Shown here in pieces: positions 37,005 to 46,576 of a stretch of DNA of 64,000 bases. The notes beneath the pieces were generated by a model. The model was not told where the DNA came from, did not search any database, and saw only the letters and a program-made list of their open reading frames with translations. The position numbers and the translations under genes are program-made. The stretch covers positions 3,994 to 67,993 of the forward strand of contig JAFTAP010000029.1 in NCBI GenBank assembly GCA_017455525.1. Direction: 5' to 3'. Source of the DNA: Lachnospiraceae bacterium. GTDB taxonomy: Bacteria > Bacillota > Clostridia > Lachnospirales > Lachnospiraceae. Position 1 is the stretch's first letter. Each line of letters starts with the position of its first letter.

Positions 37005-37754
37005 ATGCTTACAGATCACGTCATACCCGGCGACAAGGTTGACCTGACCGAGGTTAAAAGTGAAGAAAGATATACCAAATCAGGTATTATAGAGAGGAAG
37101 ACATACTCGACGAGGGTATTCGATATAATGTCCGAAGACGAGATAAAGGTAAACATGCCCTTCGTTGACGGACATATCGTGTTGCTTGAAGTGGGGGATG
37201 ATTATGATCTCTGCTTTTATTCCGGCAAGGGACTGTACCAGTGCTACGCCAGGATCACTGACAGATATAAGTCCAATAATATGTATGTTCTCACAATGGA
37301 GCTAACATCGCCCTTACGGAAGTTCCAGAGAAGGGAATATTACAGGCTGAACTGCATCCTAAACATGAAGTGCAGGGAAGTCCCGGATAAGGAGCTTAAG
37401 GAATTAGAAGAGATAGGCGGCAATGACGTCCGGTTCATAAATACCGACCTTACCTTAGAGGACGGCGTTATAGTCGATATCAGCGGGGGCGGCGCAAAAT
37501 TCATCTCCGACAGGCAGTTTGAGAAGGAATCAAAGATTTTATTCGTCTTTTCCTTAAATCTTAACGGACGGTTCACGGAGTATTCCGTCATAGGCAAGAT
37601 CATCCTGTCAGACAGGATCGAGGGACGCGACGGAGAATACAAGAACCATGTACAGTTCGTTAATATAAAGGATAAGGACAGAGAAGGCATAATAAGATAT
37701 ATATTCGAGGAAGAGAGGAAGATAAGAAGGAAAGCGAGCGGAATAGACGAGTAA
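37005..37754 (+). CDS. PilZ-domain flagellar brake/clutch-like c-di-GMP receptor (YcgR/MotI-like).
   Basis: RxxxR motif RREYYR and D/NxSxxG motif DISGGGAKF. N-terminal YcgR-like domain. Confidence 0.8.
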   Translation: MLTDHVIPGDKVDLTEVKSEERYTKSGIIERKTYSTRVFDIMSEDEIKVNMPFVDGHIVLLEVGDDYDLCFYSGKGLYQCYARITDRYKSNNMYVLTMELTSPLRKFQRREYYRLNCILNMKCREVPDKELKELEEIGGNDVRFINTDLTLEDGVIVDISGGGAKFISDRQFEKESKILFVFSLNLNGRFTEYSVIGKIILSDRIEGRDGEYKNHVQFVNIKDKDREGIIRYIFEEERKIRRKASGIDE

Positions 37755-37796
37755 AAAGCCCGATAATCCGCTGAATATAAGGAGGTTTTATATAAA

Positions 37797-38888
37797 ATGG
37801 GTAAAAAAGTTTTGGTTGTAGATGACTCTGCACTCATGAGGAAGCTTGCCTGTGATATAATCAAAAAAGATGGCAGATACGACACGCCGGATACCTGTCG
37901 TAACGGCGAGGAGGCTCTGGAAAAAGTAAAAAATAATAAATACGATGCCATAGTCCTTGATGTCTATATGCCCGTAATGGATGGCCTTGAGTTCTTAAGG
38001 CAGCTTAAGAAGGAAGGACTAAAGGAACGGGTTATGATGTTCTCCACGACGACAGGCGAGGGGACGTCGCAGACAATAGAGGCACTTGACCTCGGAGCCA
38101 TAGACTTCATTAAGAAGCCTGATAAGTACAAGGAGACATCGGGCGAGGAGTTTGCTCATGAATTCTTAAGGATACTTGAGGTCGTAGCTCAGGCAGGCGG
38201 GCATCATGTGACGATGCCTGGCAGCGCGGCTCATAAGGCGACGGGGACGGCGCATGTTGCTGATAAAGGCGGCAAGACAGTCAGCCTGAGACCTTCCGTA
38301 AAGGTTTCCGGCGAGAAGATCGTCGCCATAGCAAGCTCTACAGGCGGACCTAAGGCTCTGCATTCCGTGATACCGCTTTTACCTAAGAACCTTAACGCTC
38401 CGGTCATACTCGTACAGCACATGCCACCGGGATTCACTAAGAGCCTGGCGGAAAGGCTTGATTCCTTGGGGCAGATACATGTGAAGGAAGCCGAGGAAGG
38501 CGACCTCTTAGAGAAAGGGACGGTGTATATAGCTCCCGGTGGTAAGCACATGAAGGTTGGCAAGTCAGGGTCGCATGTGAGGATTTATTTCAGTGACGAG
38601 CCTCACAGGGAGGGCGTGAAGCCTTGTGCTAACTATATGTATGAGTCGCTTGTCGATACTGACTATGCGGAGGTTTGCTGTGTCGTGCTTACCGGCATGG
38701 GAATGGATGGCACTGAGGGCATAAAGAACTTAGAGAAGGATAAGAAGCTACACATCATCTCTCAGGATGAGCCTACCTGCGCAGTTTATGGCATGCCTAA
38801 GGCGATAGCGTTGACAGGATTGGTAAATGAGGTATTGCCGCTCGATAAGATTGCCGCAGCCATCACCAAGGAGATCGGGATAAGGTAA
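37797..38888 (+). CDS. cheB: Chemotaxis protein-glutamate methylesterase CheB.
   Basis: REC VLVVDDSALMR. Methylesterase motifs STGGPKAL, GMGMDG, CAVYGMP. Confidence 0.93.
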   Translation: MGKKVLVVDDSALMRKLACDIIKKDGRYDTPDTCRNGEEALEKVKNNKYDAIVLDVYMPVMDGLEFLRQLKKEGLKERVMMFSTTTGEGTSQTIEALDLGAIDFIKKPDKYKETSGEEFAHEFLRILEVVAQAGGHHVTMPGSAAHKATGTAHVADKGGKTVSLRPSVKVSGEKIVAIASSTGGPKALHSVIPLLPKNLNAPVILVQHMPPGFTKSLAERLDSLGQIHVKEAEEGDLLEKGTVYIAPGGKHMKVGKSGSHVRIYFSDEPHREGVKPCANYMYESLVDTDYAEVCCVVLTGMGMDGTEGIKNLEKDKKLHIISQDEPTCAVYGMPKAIALTGLVNEVLPLDKIAAAITKEIGIR

Positions 38889-38930
38889 AGTTCAATATAG
38901 CAGCGCTGCTGCATAAAAGGAGGGTTATAT

Positions 38931-41087
38931 ATGGATACAAGTCAGTATCTGGGTATTTTCCTGGATGAAGCAAGAGAGCATATCCAGAGTCTCTCGGATC
39001 AGATGATGATCTTAGAACAGGAGCCTGAGAATCAGGATGCCATAAGCGAGATATTCAGGGCGGCTCACTCTTTGAAGGGCATGGCGGGAACCATGGGCTA
39101 CAAGAAGCTGCAGCATCTCACCCATGTCACGGAGGATTGCTTCTCTGACATCAGATCGGGCTCCATGAAAGTAACCAGCGAACTCATGGATGTCTTATTC
39201 CAGGCGCTTGACTCTATCGAGGGCTATGTGAATACGATACAGGAGACGACTGATGAGGGCGATGAGGAGAATGAGAACATCATAAATGAGATCAACCGCA
39301 TAAGGTCTGCTGAGACAGGTAAGGGAGATGCGCCCGCTCCTGCCAAAGAGGAAAAGAAGGCAGATGAGGCTCCGGCTGAGGCGGCACCCGCAGACGGCGC
39401 ATCGGACGAAAAGGCCCTGTACCGTTCCATGAAGCTTGACGACTCCGCTAAGGACGTGATGAAGGATGCGATTGCCGGCGGAAAGCATGCGCTCGGATTT
39501 ACCGTATATATTGAGGAATCATGCTTGCTTAAGGCTGCGAGAGCCTTCCTTGTGATTAAAGCCTTAGAGGATATGGGCGACATAGTTGCTACCGACCCTT
39601 CTACTCAGGACATAGAGGATGAGAAGTTCGAGTTCAATTTCAGCTTATACACTATATGCGACGAGGAGATAGATAAGGCCAGGGAAGCCATGCTTGCCGT
39701 GTCCGAGATAGCTGAGGTGGTCGGTGAGGAATTTACCGAGGCCGGCATAGACAGTATCGGAGGAGATGCAGGCAAGGCAGAGGAAAAGGCTGAGGCTCCC
39801 ACCGAGGGTTCCAGGGAAGAAGCCGAGGCTCCTGTAGCCAAAGAAGAGACTACGGCTCCTGTCGTCAAGGAAGAGACAGCTCCTGCTGCCAAGGCTCCTG
39901 CCGCTAAGCAGGCTCCCGCAGCGAAGAAGCCCGTTATCTCAAAGACCATAAGAGTTGACATAGACAAGCTCGACTCTTTGATGAACCTCGTGTCAGAGCT
40001 TATCATAGCTAAGAATACCATCGTATCTGCGGCGGACAGCAGTGATACGCAGAATCAGGCTCTTAATGAGCAGGTAGAGTATTTAGAGAGCGTCACGACG
40101 AATCTTCACGAGGCAGTCATGAAGGTCAGGATGGTGCCTATCGAGAGCGCAGTGCAGAAGTTCCCTCGTATGGTGCGAGACCTTGAAAAGAAGCTCGACA
40201 AGAAGATGCAGCTTACCATCACTGGTGAGGAGACAGAGCTTGACAGGACAGTGGTTGACGAGATCGGCGATCCCCTGATGCACCTTATCAGGAACAGCGC
40301 TGACCACGGTCTGGAGCATCCTGATGAGAGGGCTGCTTCCGGCAAGCCTGAGATGGGAACGATCTTCTTAAATGCTTTCCAGGATGGCAATTCTGTCGTC
40401 ATAGAGGTCGGCGATGACGGTAAGGGAATAGACGTAGAGGCTGTAAGGAGTAAGATTGTAGAGCGCGGCCTTGCTTCTGAGGATACGGCGGCGCAGTTCA
40501 CCGATAAGGAAGTCATAGACTATCTCTTCGATCCCGGCTTCTCCATGGCTAAGAAGGTCACGGATATCTCCGGCAGAGGCGTCGGACTTGACGTTGTAAA
40601 GAGCAATATCGAATCCTTAGGCGGAGACGTGTCAGTCAAGACTAAGCTTGGCGAGGGAAGCACATGGATCATAAGGCTTCCGCTCACGCTTGCTATTATA
40701 CAGGCTCTCATGGTCATAATCGGAGACGAGAAATATGCTATATCGCTTGACTCCATCACGACTATCGAGAATATCCCTACCACGGACGTGAAGCTCGTGC
40801 AGGGCAAGGAGGTCATACAGCTCCGCGGTACGGTGATACCTATAGTAAGGCTTTCGGAGCTTTTAGGGTTCCCTCCTGCAGAGGAGCAGCCTGAGGACAT
40901 GATCGTAGTCATAGCCAAGAAGGGGGACTCTCTAGCGGGTCTCGTGGTGGACGAGCTTATCGGACAGCAGGAGATAGTCATCAAGTCTCTCGGCAAGTAT
41001 ATAAATACAGACAGGATTATAAGCGGCGCGACCATCCTTGGTGATGGCGAGGTAGCACTTATAATCGATGCGAACGCGCTAATCTAA
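38931..41087 (+). CDS. cheA: Chemotaxis histidine kinase CheA.
   Basis: Hpt AAHSLKGMAG. HATPase DDGKGID and GRGVGLDVV. C-terminal CheW-like domain. Confidence 0.95.
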   Translation: MDTSQYLGIFLDEAREHIQSLSDQMMILEQEPENQDAISEIFRAAHSLKGMAGTMGYKKLQHLTHVTEDCFSDIRSGSMKVTSELMDVLFQALDSIEGYVNTIQETTDEGDEENENIINEINRIRSAETGKGDAPAPAKEEKKADEAPAEAAPADGASDEKALYRSMKLDDSAKDVMKDAIAGGKHALGFTVYIEESCLLKAARAFLVIKALEDMGDIVATDPSTQDIEDEKFEFNFSLYTICDEEIDKAREAMLAVSEIAEVVGEEFTEAGIDSIGGDAGKAEEKAEAPTEGSREEAEAPVAKEETTAPVVKEETAPAAKAPAAKQAPAAKKPVISKTIRVDIDKLDSLMNLVSELIIAKNTIVSAADSSDTQNQALNEQVEYLESVTTNLHEAVMKVRMVPIESAVQKFPRMVRDLEKKLDKKMQLTITGEETELDRTVVDEIGDPLMHLIRNSADHGLEHPDERAASGKPEMGTIFLNAFQDGNSVVIEVGDDGKGIDVEAVRSKIVERGLASEDTAAQFTDKEVIDYLFDPGFSMAKKVTDISGRGVGLDVVKSNIESLGGDVSVKTKLGEGSTWIIRLPLTLAIIQALMVIIGDEKYAISLDSITTIENIPTTDVKLVQGKEVIQLRGTVIPIVRLSELLGFPPAEEQPEDMIVVIAKKGDSLAGLVVDELIGQQEIVIKSLGKYINTDRIISGATILGDGEVALIIDANALI

Positions 41088-41102
41088 CAGGAGGACCGGA
41101 TA

Positions 41103-41567
41103 ATGGATGATTTAGAAAGATATGTCGAAGATAAAGCCACTCAGTATATAGTAGTCAATCTCGGCATAGAGCATTACGGTATAGACATCAACTATATCGA
41201 CAATATCGTAAGAGTGCCTGCTATAAGGCGAGTTCCCAATGTGCAGGATTTCTTCAAGGGAGTCATTAACTTGAGAGGCGAGGTCATACCTGTAATGAGT
41301 CTTCGCGTCAAATTTGGCATGCCTGAGATAGACTTCACGAATAGCACCAGGATCATCATAGTCAAGGTTGACCCTCAGGCAGCTATAGGCATAATAGTTG
41401 ATGAGGTCGAGCAGGTCATGGACATTTATGCTTCGCAGATAGAGAAGGTTTCCGCTGAGAAGAAGGAAGAGTCCAACGGCTATATAACTTCCGTAGGAAA
41501 GACGGACAGAGGGCTCGTCTCCATTCTTAACCTTGCCACAGTGATAGGCGAGAAGGAGCAGATATAA
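41103..41567 (+). CDS. cheW: Chemotaxis coupling protein CheW.
   Basis: 154 aa. GVINLRGEVIPV motif. Confidence 0.92.
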   Translation: MDDLERYVEDKATQYIVVNLGIEHYGIDINYIDNIVRVPAIRRVPNVQDFFKGVINLRGEVIPVMSLRVKFGMPEIDFTNSTRIIIVKVDPQAAIGIIVDEVEQVMDIYASQIEKVSAEKKEESNGYITSVGKTDRGLVSILNLATVIGEKEQI

Positions 41568-41581
41568 GGTAAGGAGGTAAT

Positions 41582-42211
41582 ATGGCAGAACTTGATCTTA
41601 ATAATGTCGATGACATGTATTATGACGTCCTGCGGGAGATTGGAAATATAGGCGCAGGAAATGCAGCCACGGCTCTTGCGACAATGCTTAATACAAAGGT
41701 TGACATGACGGTTCCAAAGGTCGCTCTTGTGGAATTTTCCGAGATGGGAGAGGCTATGGGCGGCGAGGAGCAGATAATGGCAGGTATATATCTGTCGATA
41801 TCGGGAGACATCACTGGTTCCATAATGTTCCTTCTTGAAGAGAAATCTGCGCATGATCTTGTGGCTAAGCTCATGGGTACAGGCGCATCTGATTTCGTAG
41901 AGGGGCAGCCCTTCAGTGAGATAGAGCAGTCGGCTCTTAGTGAGATAGGAAATATCATAGTCGGAAGCTACCTTAATTCGTTATCCATGCTGACGAACCT
42001 GAAGATCATAGAGTCGGTTCCGTCGCTTGCGGTAGACATGGCCGAGGCGTTGCTTTCGGTTCCCGCTATAGAATTCGGCATGGTCGGAGACCAGATGCTT
42101 CTGATACAGACTTCCTTCTCGGAGGATACCGAGCTTAACGGGTATTTCGTACTGGTTCCTGACCTGCCGTCATACAGCAAGCTTTTGAAGGCATTGGGAG
42201 TAATGCAGTGA
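41582..42211 (+). CDS. cheC: CheY-P phosphatase CheC.
   Basis: Duplicated EIGNIGAGNAATALA and SEIGNIIVGSYLNSLS segments. Confidence 0.9.
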   Translation: MAELDLNNVDDMYYDVLREIGNIGAGNAATALATMLNTKVDMTVPKVALVEFSEMGEAMGGEEQIMAGIYLSISGDITGSIMFLLEEKSAHDLVAKLMGTGASDFVEGQPFSEIEQSALSEIGNIIVGSYLNSLSMLTNLKIIESVPSLAVDMAEALLSVPAIEFGMVGDQMLLIQTSFSEDTELNGYFVLVPDLPSYSKLLKALGVMQ

Positions 42212-42235
42212 TAATAACTTTTCAGGAGTTTATAT

Positions 42236-42721
42236 ATGGCTGAGATGATAAAGGTAGGCATGGCTGATCTGAAGCTGTGCATAAGCCCTAACAGCATAAC
42301 TACACTGGGACTTGGCTCCTGTGTCGGCGTAGCTATAAGAGATACGGCGAACAAGGTGGGAGGTCTTGCCCACGTCATGCTTCCGGATTCAAAGGAAATA
42401 AAGAATAATTCTAATATAGCGAAGTTTGCTGATACCGGAGTTGAGGAGCTTGTCAGGCAAATGGAGAAGGCAGGCGCTTTAAGATCCAGAATGGTCGCAA
42501 AGATAGCAGGCGGGGCGCAGATGTTTGCCATGCAGCAGAATTCTGCGCTTGTAAAGGTTGGCGACAGGAATGTCGCCGCAGTTAAGAAGAAGCTTGCGGA
42601 GCTTAAGATACCGATAAGGGCAGAGGATACCGGGCTTAATTACGGGCGTACTGTTGAGTTCTATCCGGAAACAGGAGATTATATTATTAAAGCGGTCGGC
42701 AAGCCGCCTAAGACAATATGA
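42236..42721 (+). CDS. cheD: Chemoreceptor glutamine deamidase CheD.
   Basis: TLGLGSCVGVAI and GGLAHVMLP motifs. Confidence 0.9.
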   Translation: MAEMIKVGMADLKLCISPNSITTLGLGSCVGVAIRDTANKVGGLAHVMLPDSKEIKNNSNIAKFADTGVEELVRQMEKAGALRSRMVAKIAGGAQMFAMQQNSALVKVGDRNVAAVKKKLAELKIPIRAEDTGLNYGRTVEFYPETGDYIIKAVGKPPKTI

Positions 42722-43149
42722 ATGAAGAAGAACAGGACGGCTTAAGCGTTACCAGTGTTGAGGGGCAGGATGGAGGAGAGCCGGTAGTAGACGAATCAAG
42801 GCAGGCTGTGAGTGTTGCCGATAGAAAGCCGGAACCACTGCATCTAAAGACTAAGCCGATTCCGGCGATAGTGACGCTCCTTGGCGGGAGCGCAGTTGCT
42901 ATTGATGTATTTATTGAGCAGTTTGATTTCAAAAGAGCGCTGGTACTGATACTGGCGGGACTTGTTATTTTTCTTATTATAGGTGAAGTAGTGAAAATAC
43001 TGCTTGACCATATAGAATTACCAAATCCTGATGCGGTGGACGCTGACGGGAACGTAATACAAAAAGGAAAGAGCGGAGAGACCCCGGAGAATGATGAAGC
43101 TTCGGGAGAATCAGAGCCTGATCCGGAGACATCGGGAGCAGAGGGCTGA
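42718..43149 (+). CDS. Hypothetical membrane protein with acidic termini and two central hydrophobic segments.
   Basis: ATGA overlap with the cheD stop. I recognise no family. Confidence 0.55.
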   Translation: MNEEEQDGLSVTSVEGQDGGEPVVDESRQAVSVADRKPEPLHLKTKPIPAIVTLLGGSAVAIDVFIEQFDFKRALVLILAGLVIFLIIGEVVKILLDHIELPNPDAVDADGNVIQKGKSGETPENDEASGESEPDPETSGAEG

Positions 43150-43162
43150 CGCTCGCGGATGA

Positions 43163-43945
43163 ATGCAGATGGATGACGTCGGAAGACAGAAGCTCTGGAA
43201 CGAGTACGGGAAGAACAGATCCCCGCAGCTTAGAGAACAGATCATAGTTGAATACGCACCGCTTGTTAAGGTAGTCGCAGGAAGACTTTCGATGTATCTC
43301 GGATACAACGTGGAGTATGACGATCTTGTAGGGTACGGAGTCTTCGGGCTTATTGATGCGATAGATAAGTTCGATCCTGAAAAGGCTGTTAAGTTCGAGA
43401 CTTATGCGTCTTTAAGGATAAGAGGAGCGATATTAGACCAGATCCGTAAGATGGACTGGATCCCCCGGACTATCAGGCAGAAGCAGAGGCAAATTGATGA
43501 TGCGATAAAGAAGATCGAGTCCGAGACAGGGGAAGCTGCAAGCGATGAGAAGGTTGCGAAGGAACTCGGACTTTCTGATAATGAATACGCTGACTGGCAG
43601 TCACAGATGGCAGTCACGAATGTCATATCGCTTGATGAGTTCAATGAAAGCTCTGCTGACGAAGGATCTTCTGTCCGTGATACGATAGCAGACACCAAGG
43701 CGGGACCCGAGGAAGTTCTTGAGGAGAAGGAGCTTAAGAAGACTTTGGCGGATGCTTTAGAGCTTCTTACGGAAAAGGAGAGAAAGGTCATAGTCCTTTA
43801 TTATTACGAGGAGCTAACTCTAAAGGAGATAAGTAATATCCTTGAAGTATCGGAGTCAAGAGTCTCGCAGCTTCATATTAAAGGTCTTGCGAAGATGAAG
43901 ACTAAGCTTGGTAAGTACATGGGAGTCCTGGGGGCAGGTGCTTAG
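43163..43945 (+). CDS. sigD: Flagellar sigma factor sigma-28 (SigD/FliA).
   Basis: Sigma-70 regions 2 and 4 (YASLRIRGAILD, LTLKEISNILEVSESRVSQLH). Same position as in the B. subtilis fla/che operon. Confidence 0.92.
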   Translation: MQMDDVGRQKLWNEYGKNRSPQLREQIIVEYAPLVKVVAGRLSMYLGYNVEYDDLVGYGVFGLIDAIDKFDPEKAVKFETYASLRIRGAILDQIRKMDWIPRTIRQKQRQIDDAIKKIESETGEAASDEKVAKELGLSDNEYADWQSQMAVTNVISLDEFNESSADEGSSVRDTIADTKAGPEEVLEEKELKKTLADALELLTEKERKVIVLYYYEELTLKEISNILEVSESRVSQLHIKGLAKMKTKLGKYMGVLGAGA

Positions 43946-43967
43946 GCTTTTTGAGAGGTAAATAATC

Positions 43968-45569
43968 ATGGCAGAGAGCGGATTAGGAAGGAATGGGTAT
44001 TTTCAGATAGAGACTCGTCCTGACGGGACGTATCTTCACTTTTATCCTGCTGTCGGAGACGGCGTTCCGCTTGAATCAAGAGAGGTCGAGGATTATCTTG
44101 CTCTGAAGCGGATAAGCTTCGACCGCATTGCTGTTAAGGCGGAGGCAGTCAAGAATGAGGAATCAGTGATACGCCTTAATACCGAGAAAATCCGTCCTGT
44201 AGATGAGATGATGACCTTTTCTACATCAGATGACCTCATGGAGGTTATCTGCCGTTTTTATCCGCCTTCCGAGGGTGGCGGTATGATGACTCCGGACGAG
44301 ATAAAGAAGGATCTTCAGTATAATCAGATCACGGCAGAGCCGGATGACGAGGCTATAGAGCAATTCCTTATTGACAAGAAATATTGTACGGATTATGTGC
44401 TTGCTAAGGGCGAGCCGGTCACTCCGGGCGTGGACGGTTATGTTGAGTATATGTTTGAGACCGATCCTGTCGCAAGGCCCAAGACTAATGAGGACGGCTC
44501 GGTTGATTTCCATGCATTAAACTCTGTAAGAGCCTGCACCGAGGGTCAGGTTCTTGCGAAGCTTCATAAGGAAGTACCCGGATCTCCGGGGAAGAATGTC
44601 TTCGGTGAGATGATCATGCCTAACAACGTAAAGCCTGCCTCAATAAGGCACAGCAAGGGCTCGACTCTGTCAGAGGAGGGCGTGCTTACTGCTGACGTGA
44701 ACGGCCATGTGAGCCTTACGGACGGCATGGTGTTCGTATCAAGTGTATTAGAGTTAAAAGATGTGGACGTAGCAACGGGTGATATAAATTATGACGGCAA
44801 TCTCTTAGTAGACGGGAATATCACGACGGGATACAAGGTGAATGTCACGGGAGATATAGAGGTGAGAGGCGTCATAGAGGCCGCAGAGGTGACAGCAGGT
44901 GGTCAGGTGACTGTTGCTAAAGGCATTAACGGAATGGAGAAGGGCAAGATAAAGGCCGGTCATTCCGTTATAGCGAAATATATTAATTCAGCAGAGGTCG
45001 AATCAGGCGGTCTTATTCAGTCAGAGCTCGTGCTTAATTCTAAGATATCTGCCAAGGATTCCATAGTAGTGCAGGGGCGCAAGGGCTTCATCACGGGCGG
45101 AGTCGCGCGAGCAGGCAATAAGATAGAGGCGAAGACTATAGGCAGCGATATGGGAGCGCCAACCTCAGTAGAGGTAGGAGTAGATCCTGCGCTTAAGATT
45201 AAGAGGACGAAGCTCATAAAGGAGAATGAAGAGCTGAGGGCTACTCTTGCCCGCACGGAGCCGGTATTACTTGCCACCGTTGACAGACTTAAAAGAGGCG
45301 ATAAGCTCCCGCCTGACCAGTTGCTTAAGATGCAGGAGCTTAATAAAGTAATACAGTCGCAGAAGGCTACCCTGCAGAAGAACACGGCGGAGCTAGAGGA
45401 GCTTGAGATGGCTTTTGACAGCGAGACTATAGCAGAGGTCGTAGTCTTGGGAGAGGCCTACGCCGGCACGCATATAATAGTGTCTGACGCTAATCTCACA
45501 TTAAAGAAGGATTATCATTATTGCCGTTTCAGGAGAGAAGGGGCGGATGTGAAGATGATGGGAATCTGA
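43968..45569 (+). CDS. FapA-family (DUF342) protein.
   Basis: Beta-helix repeat region GDINYDGNLLVDGNITTGYKVNVTGDIEVRG... followed by a C-terminal coiled coil. Confidence 0.75.
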   Translation: MAESGLGRNGYFQIETRPDGTYLHFYPAVGDGVPLESREVEDYLALKRISFDRIAVKAEAVKNEESVIRLNTEKIRPVDEMMTFSTSDDLMEVICRFYPPSEGGGMMTPDEIKKDLQYNQITAEPDDEAIEQFLIDKKYCTDYVLAKGEPVTPGVDGYVEYMFETDPVARPKTNEDGSVDFHALNSVRACTEGQVLAKLHKEVPGSPGKNVFGEMIMPNNVKPASIRHSKGSTLSEEGVLTADVNGHVSLTDGMVFVSSVLELKDVDVATGDINYDGNLLVDGNITTGYKVNVTGDIEVRGVIEAAEVTAGGQVTVAKGINGMEKGKIKAGHSVIAKYINSAEVESGGLIQSELVLNSKISAKDSIVVQGRKGFITGGVARAGNKIEAKTIGSDMGAPTSVEVGVDPALKIKRTKLIKENEELRATLARTEPVLLATVDRLKRGDKLPPDQLLKMQELNKVIQSQKATLQKNTAELEELEMAFDSETIAEVVVLGEAYAGTHIIVSDANLTLKKDYHYCRFRREGADVKMMGI

Positions 45570-45572
45570 ACT

Positions 45573-45887
45573 ATGGCAATAGCACCGGTTTTTTACAATG
45601 GAATGATCTCATCCACGCCTGAGCTTACTAATATAAGAGTGGCCGATGATGCCAAGGCTGCCGCCGTGCAGCTTAACTCTGAGGCGGAGGTGCAGCAGGA
45701 GGCCGAGGAGCATGTGAATCAGGTCCGTACGAAGGACAATGCCGACGGTACTGAGAATGATTCAGACGCATCAGGCGGAAGCAATAATCAGTACTCAGGC
45801 GACGGGGGCGCAAGAAGGCGCCAGAAGAGAGACTCTTTCGGAAAAGTAGTTAAGAAACAACAGGGAGGCTTTAGCATCTCGATATGA
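45573..45887 (+). CDS. Hypothetical 104-aa protein, acidic then basic, predicted to be disordered.
   Basis: ORF tightly packed between neighbours. Weak RBS. No recognisable motif. Confidence 0.45.
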   Translation: MAIAPVFYNGMISSTPELTNIRVADDAKAAAVQLNSEAEVQQEAEEHVNQVRTKDNADGTENDSDASGGSNNQYSGDGGARRRQKRDSFGKVVKKQQGGFSISI

Positions 45888-46576
45888 CGGTAATACAGAT
45901 ACTGCTCCTGATTGCCGGAGCAGTAATTTTTGCACTCGGTTTCTTCATCCCGGAGGGTAAGGCAGGGAAGAGGGATACCGCCGGTGAGAGAAAAGAATAC
46001 AGTGACAGGCTTAAAGAGATAACGGAGAACGAGCTTAAGGATGCGTCAAGGCGGGTTCGTGACATCGTTGATGAGGAGGTTGCGCTTGCGCATGACAATT
46101 CCGCAAGGTCATTGGAGAAGATCACCAATGAAAAGATAATGGCGATCAATGATTACGGAAAGACCGTGACTGATGAGATAGAGCGTAATCATAAGGAAGT
46201 GGTCTTCATGTATGACATGCTTAATGACAAGACCACGGATCTCAAGAACACTATAAGAAAATATGAGAGCATGAAGAAGGCTCCTGCAGCACAGGAGAAG
46301 CCTAAGACCTCAGTCAAGACGGAGAGCGGGGATAATATCCATATCCCTAAGATGTTTGCGGCTCCAAAGGGAGATAAGGGCAAGACGGGAGCCCCGAAGT
46401 CTGCATCTGATGATGTCGTTGCATCTGTCGTAGGAGGGAAATACGGACAGGATGTGCTCAGGCTTCATAAGGAAGGCATGTCCGATATCGATATAGCAAA
46501 GAAGCTTGGAATAGGCGTAGGCGAGGTGAAGCTTGCGGTAAGCTTAAGCGGTGCGGGAGGGTCAAATGAGCCGTAG
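45884..46576 (+). CDS. Hypothetical membrane-anchored protein with a coiled coil and a C-terminal HTH-like segment.
   Basis: N-terminal TM segment ILLLIAGAVIFALGFF. C-terminal LRLHKEGMSDIDIAKKLGIGVGEVKLAV resembles a sigma region-4/LuxR-type HTH. ATGA overlap with the upstream stop. Confidence 0.6.
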   Translation: MTVIQILLLIAGAVIFALGFFIPEGKAGKRDTAGERKEYSDRLKEITENELKDASRRVRDIVDEEVALAHDNSARSLEKITNEKIMAINDYGKTVTDEIERNHKEVVFMYDMLNDKTTDLKNTIRKYESMKKAPAAQEKPKTSVKTESGDNIHIPKMFAAPKGDKGKTGAPKSASDDVVASVVGGKYGQDVLRLHKEGMSDIDIAKKLGIGVGEVKLAVSLSGAGGSNEP

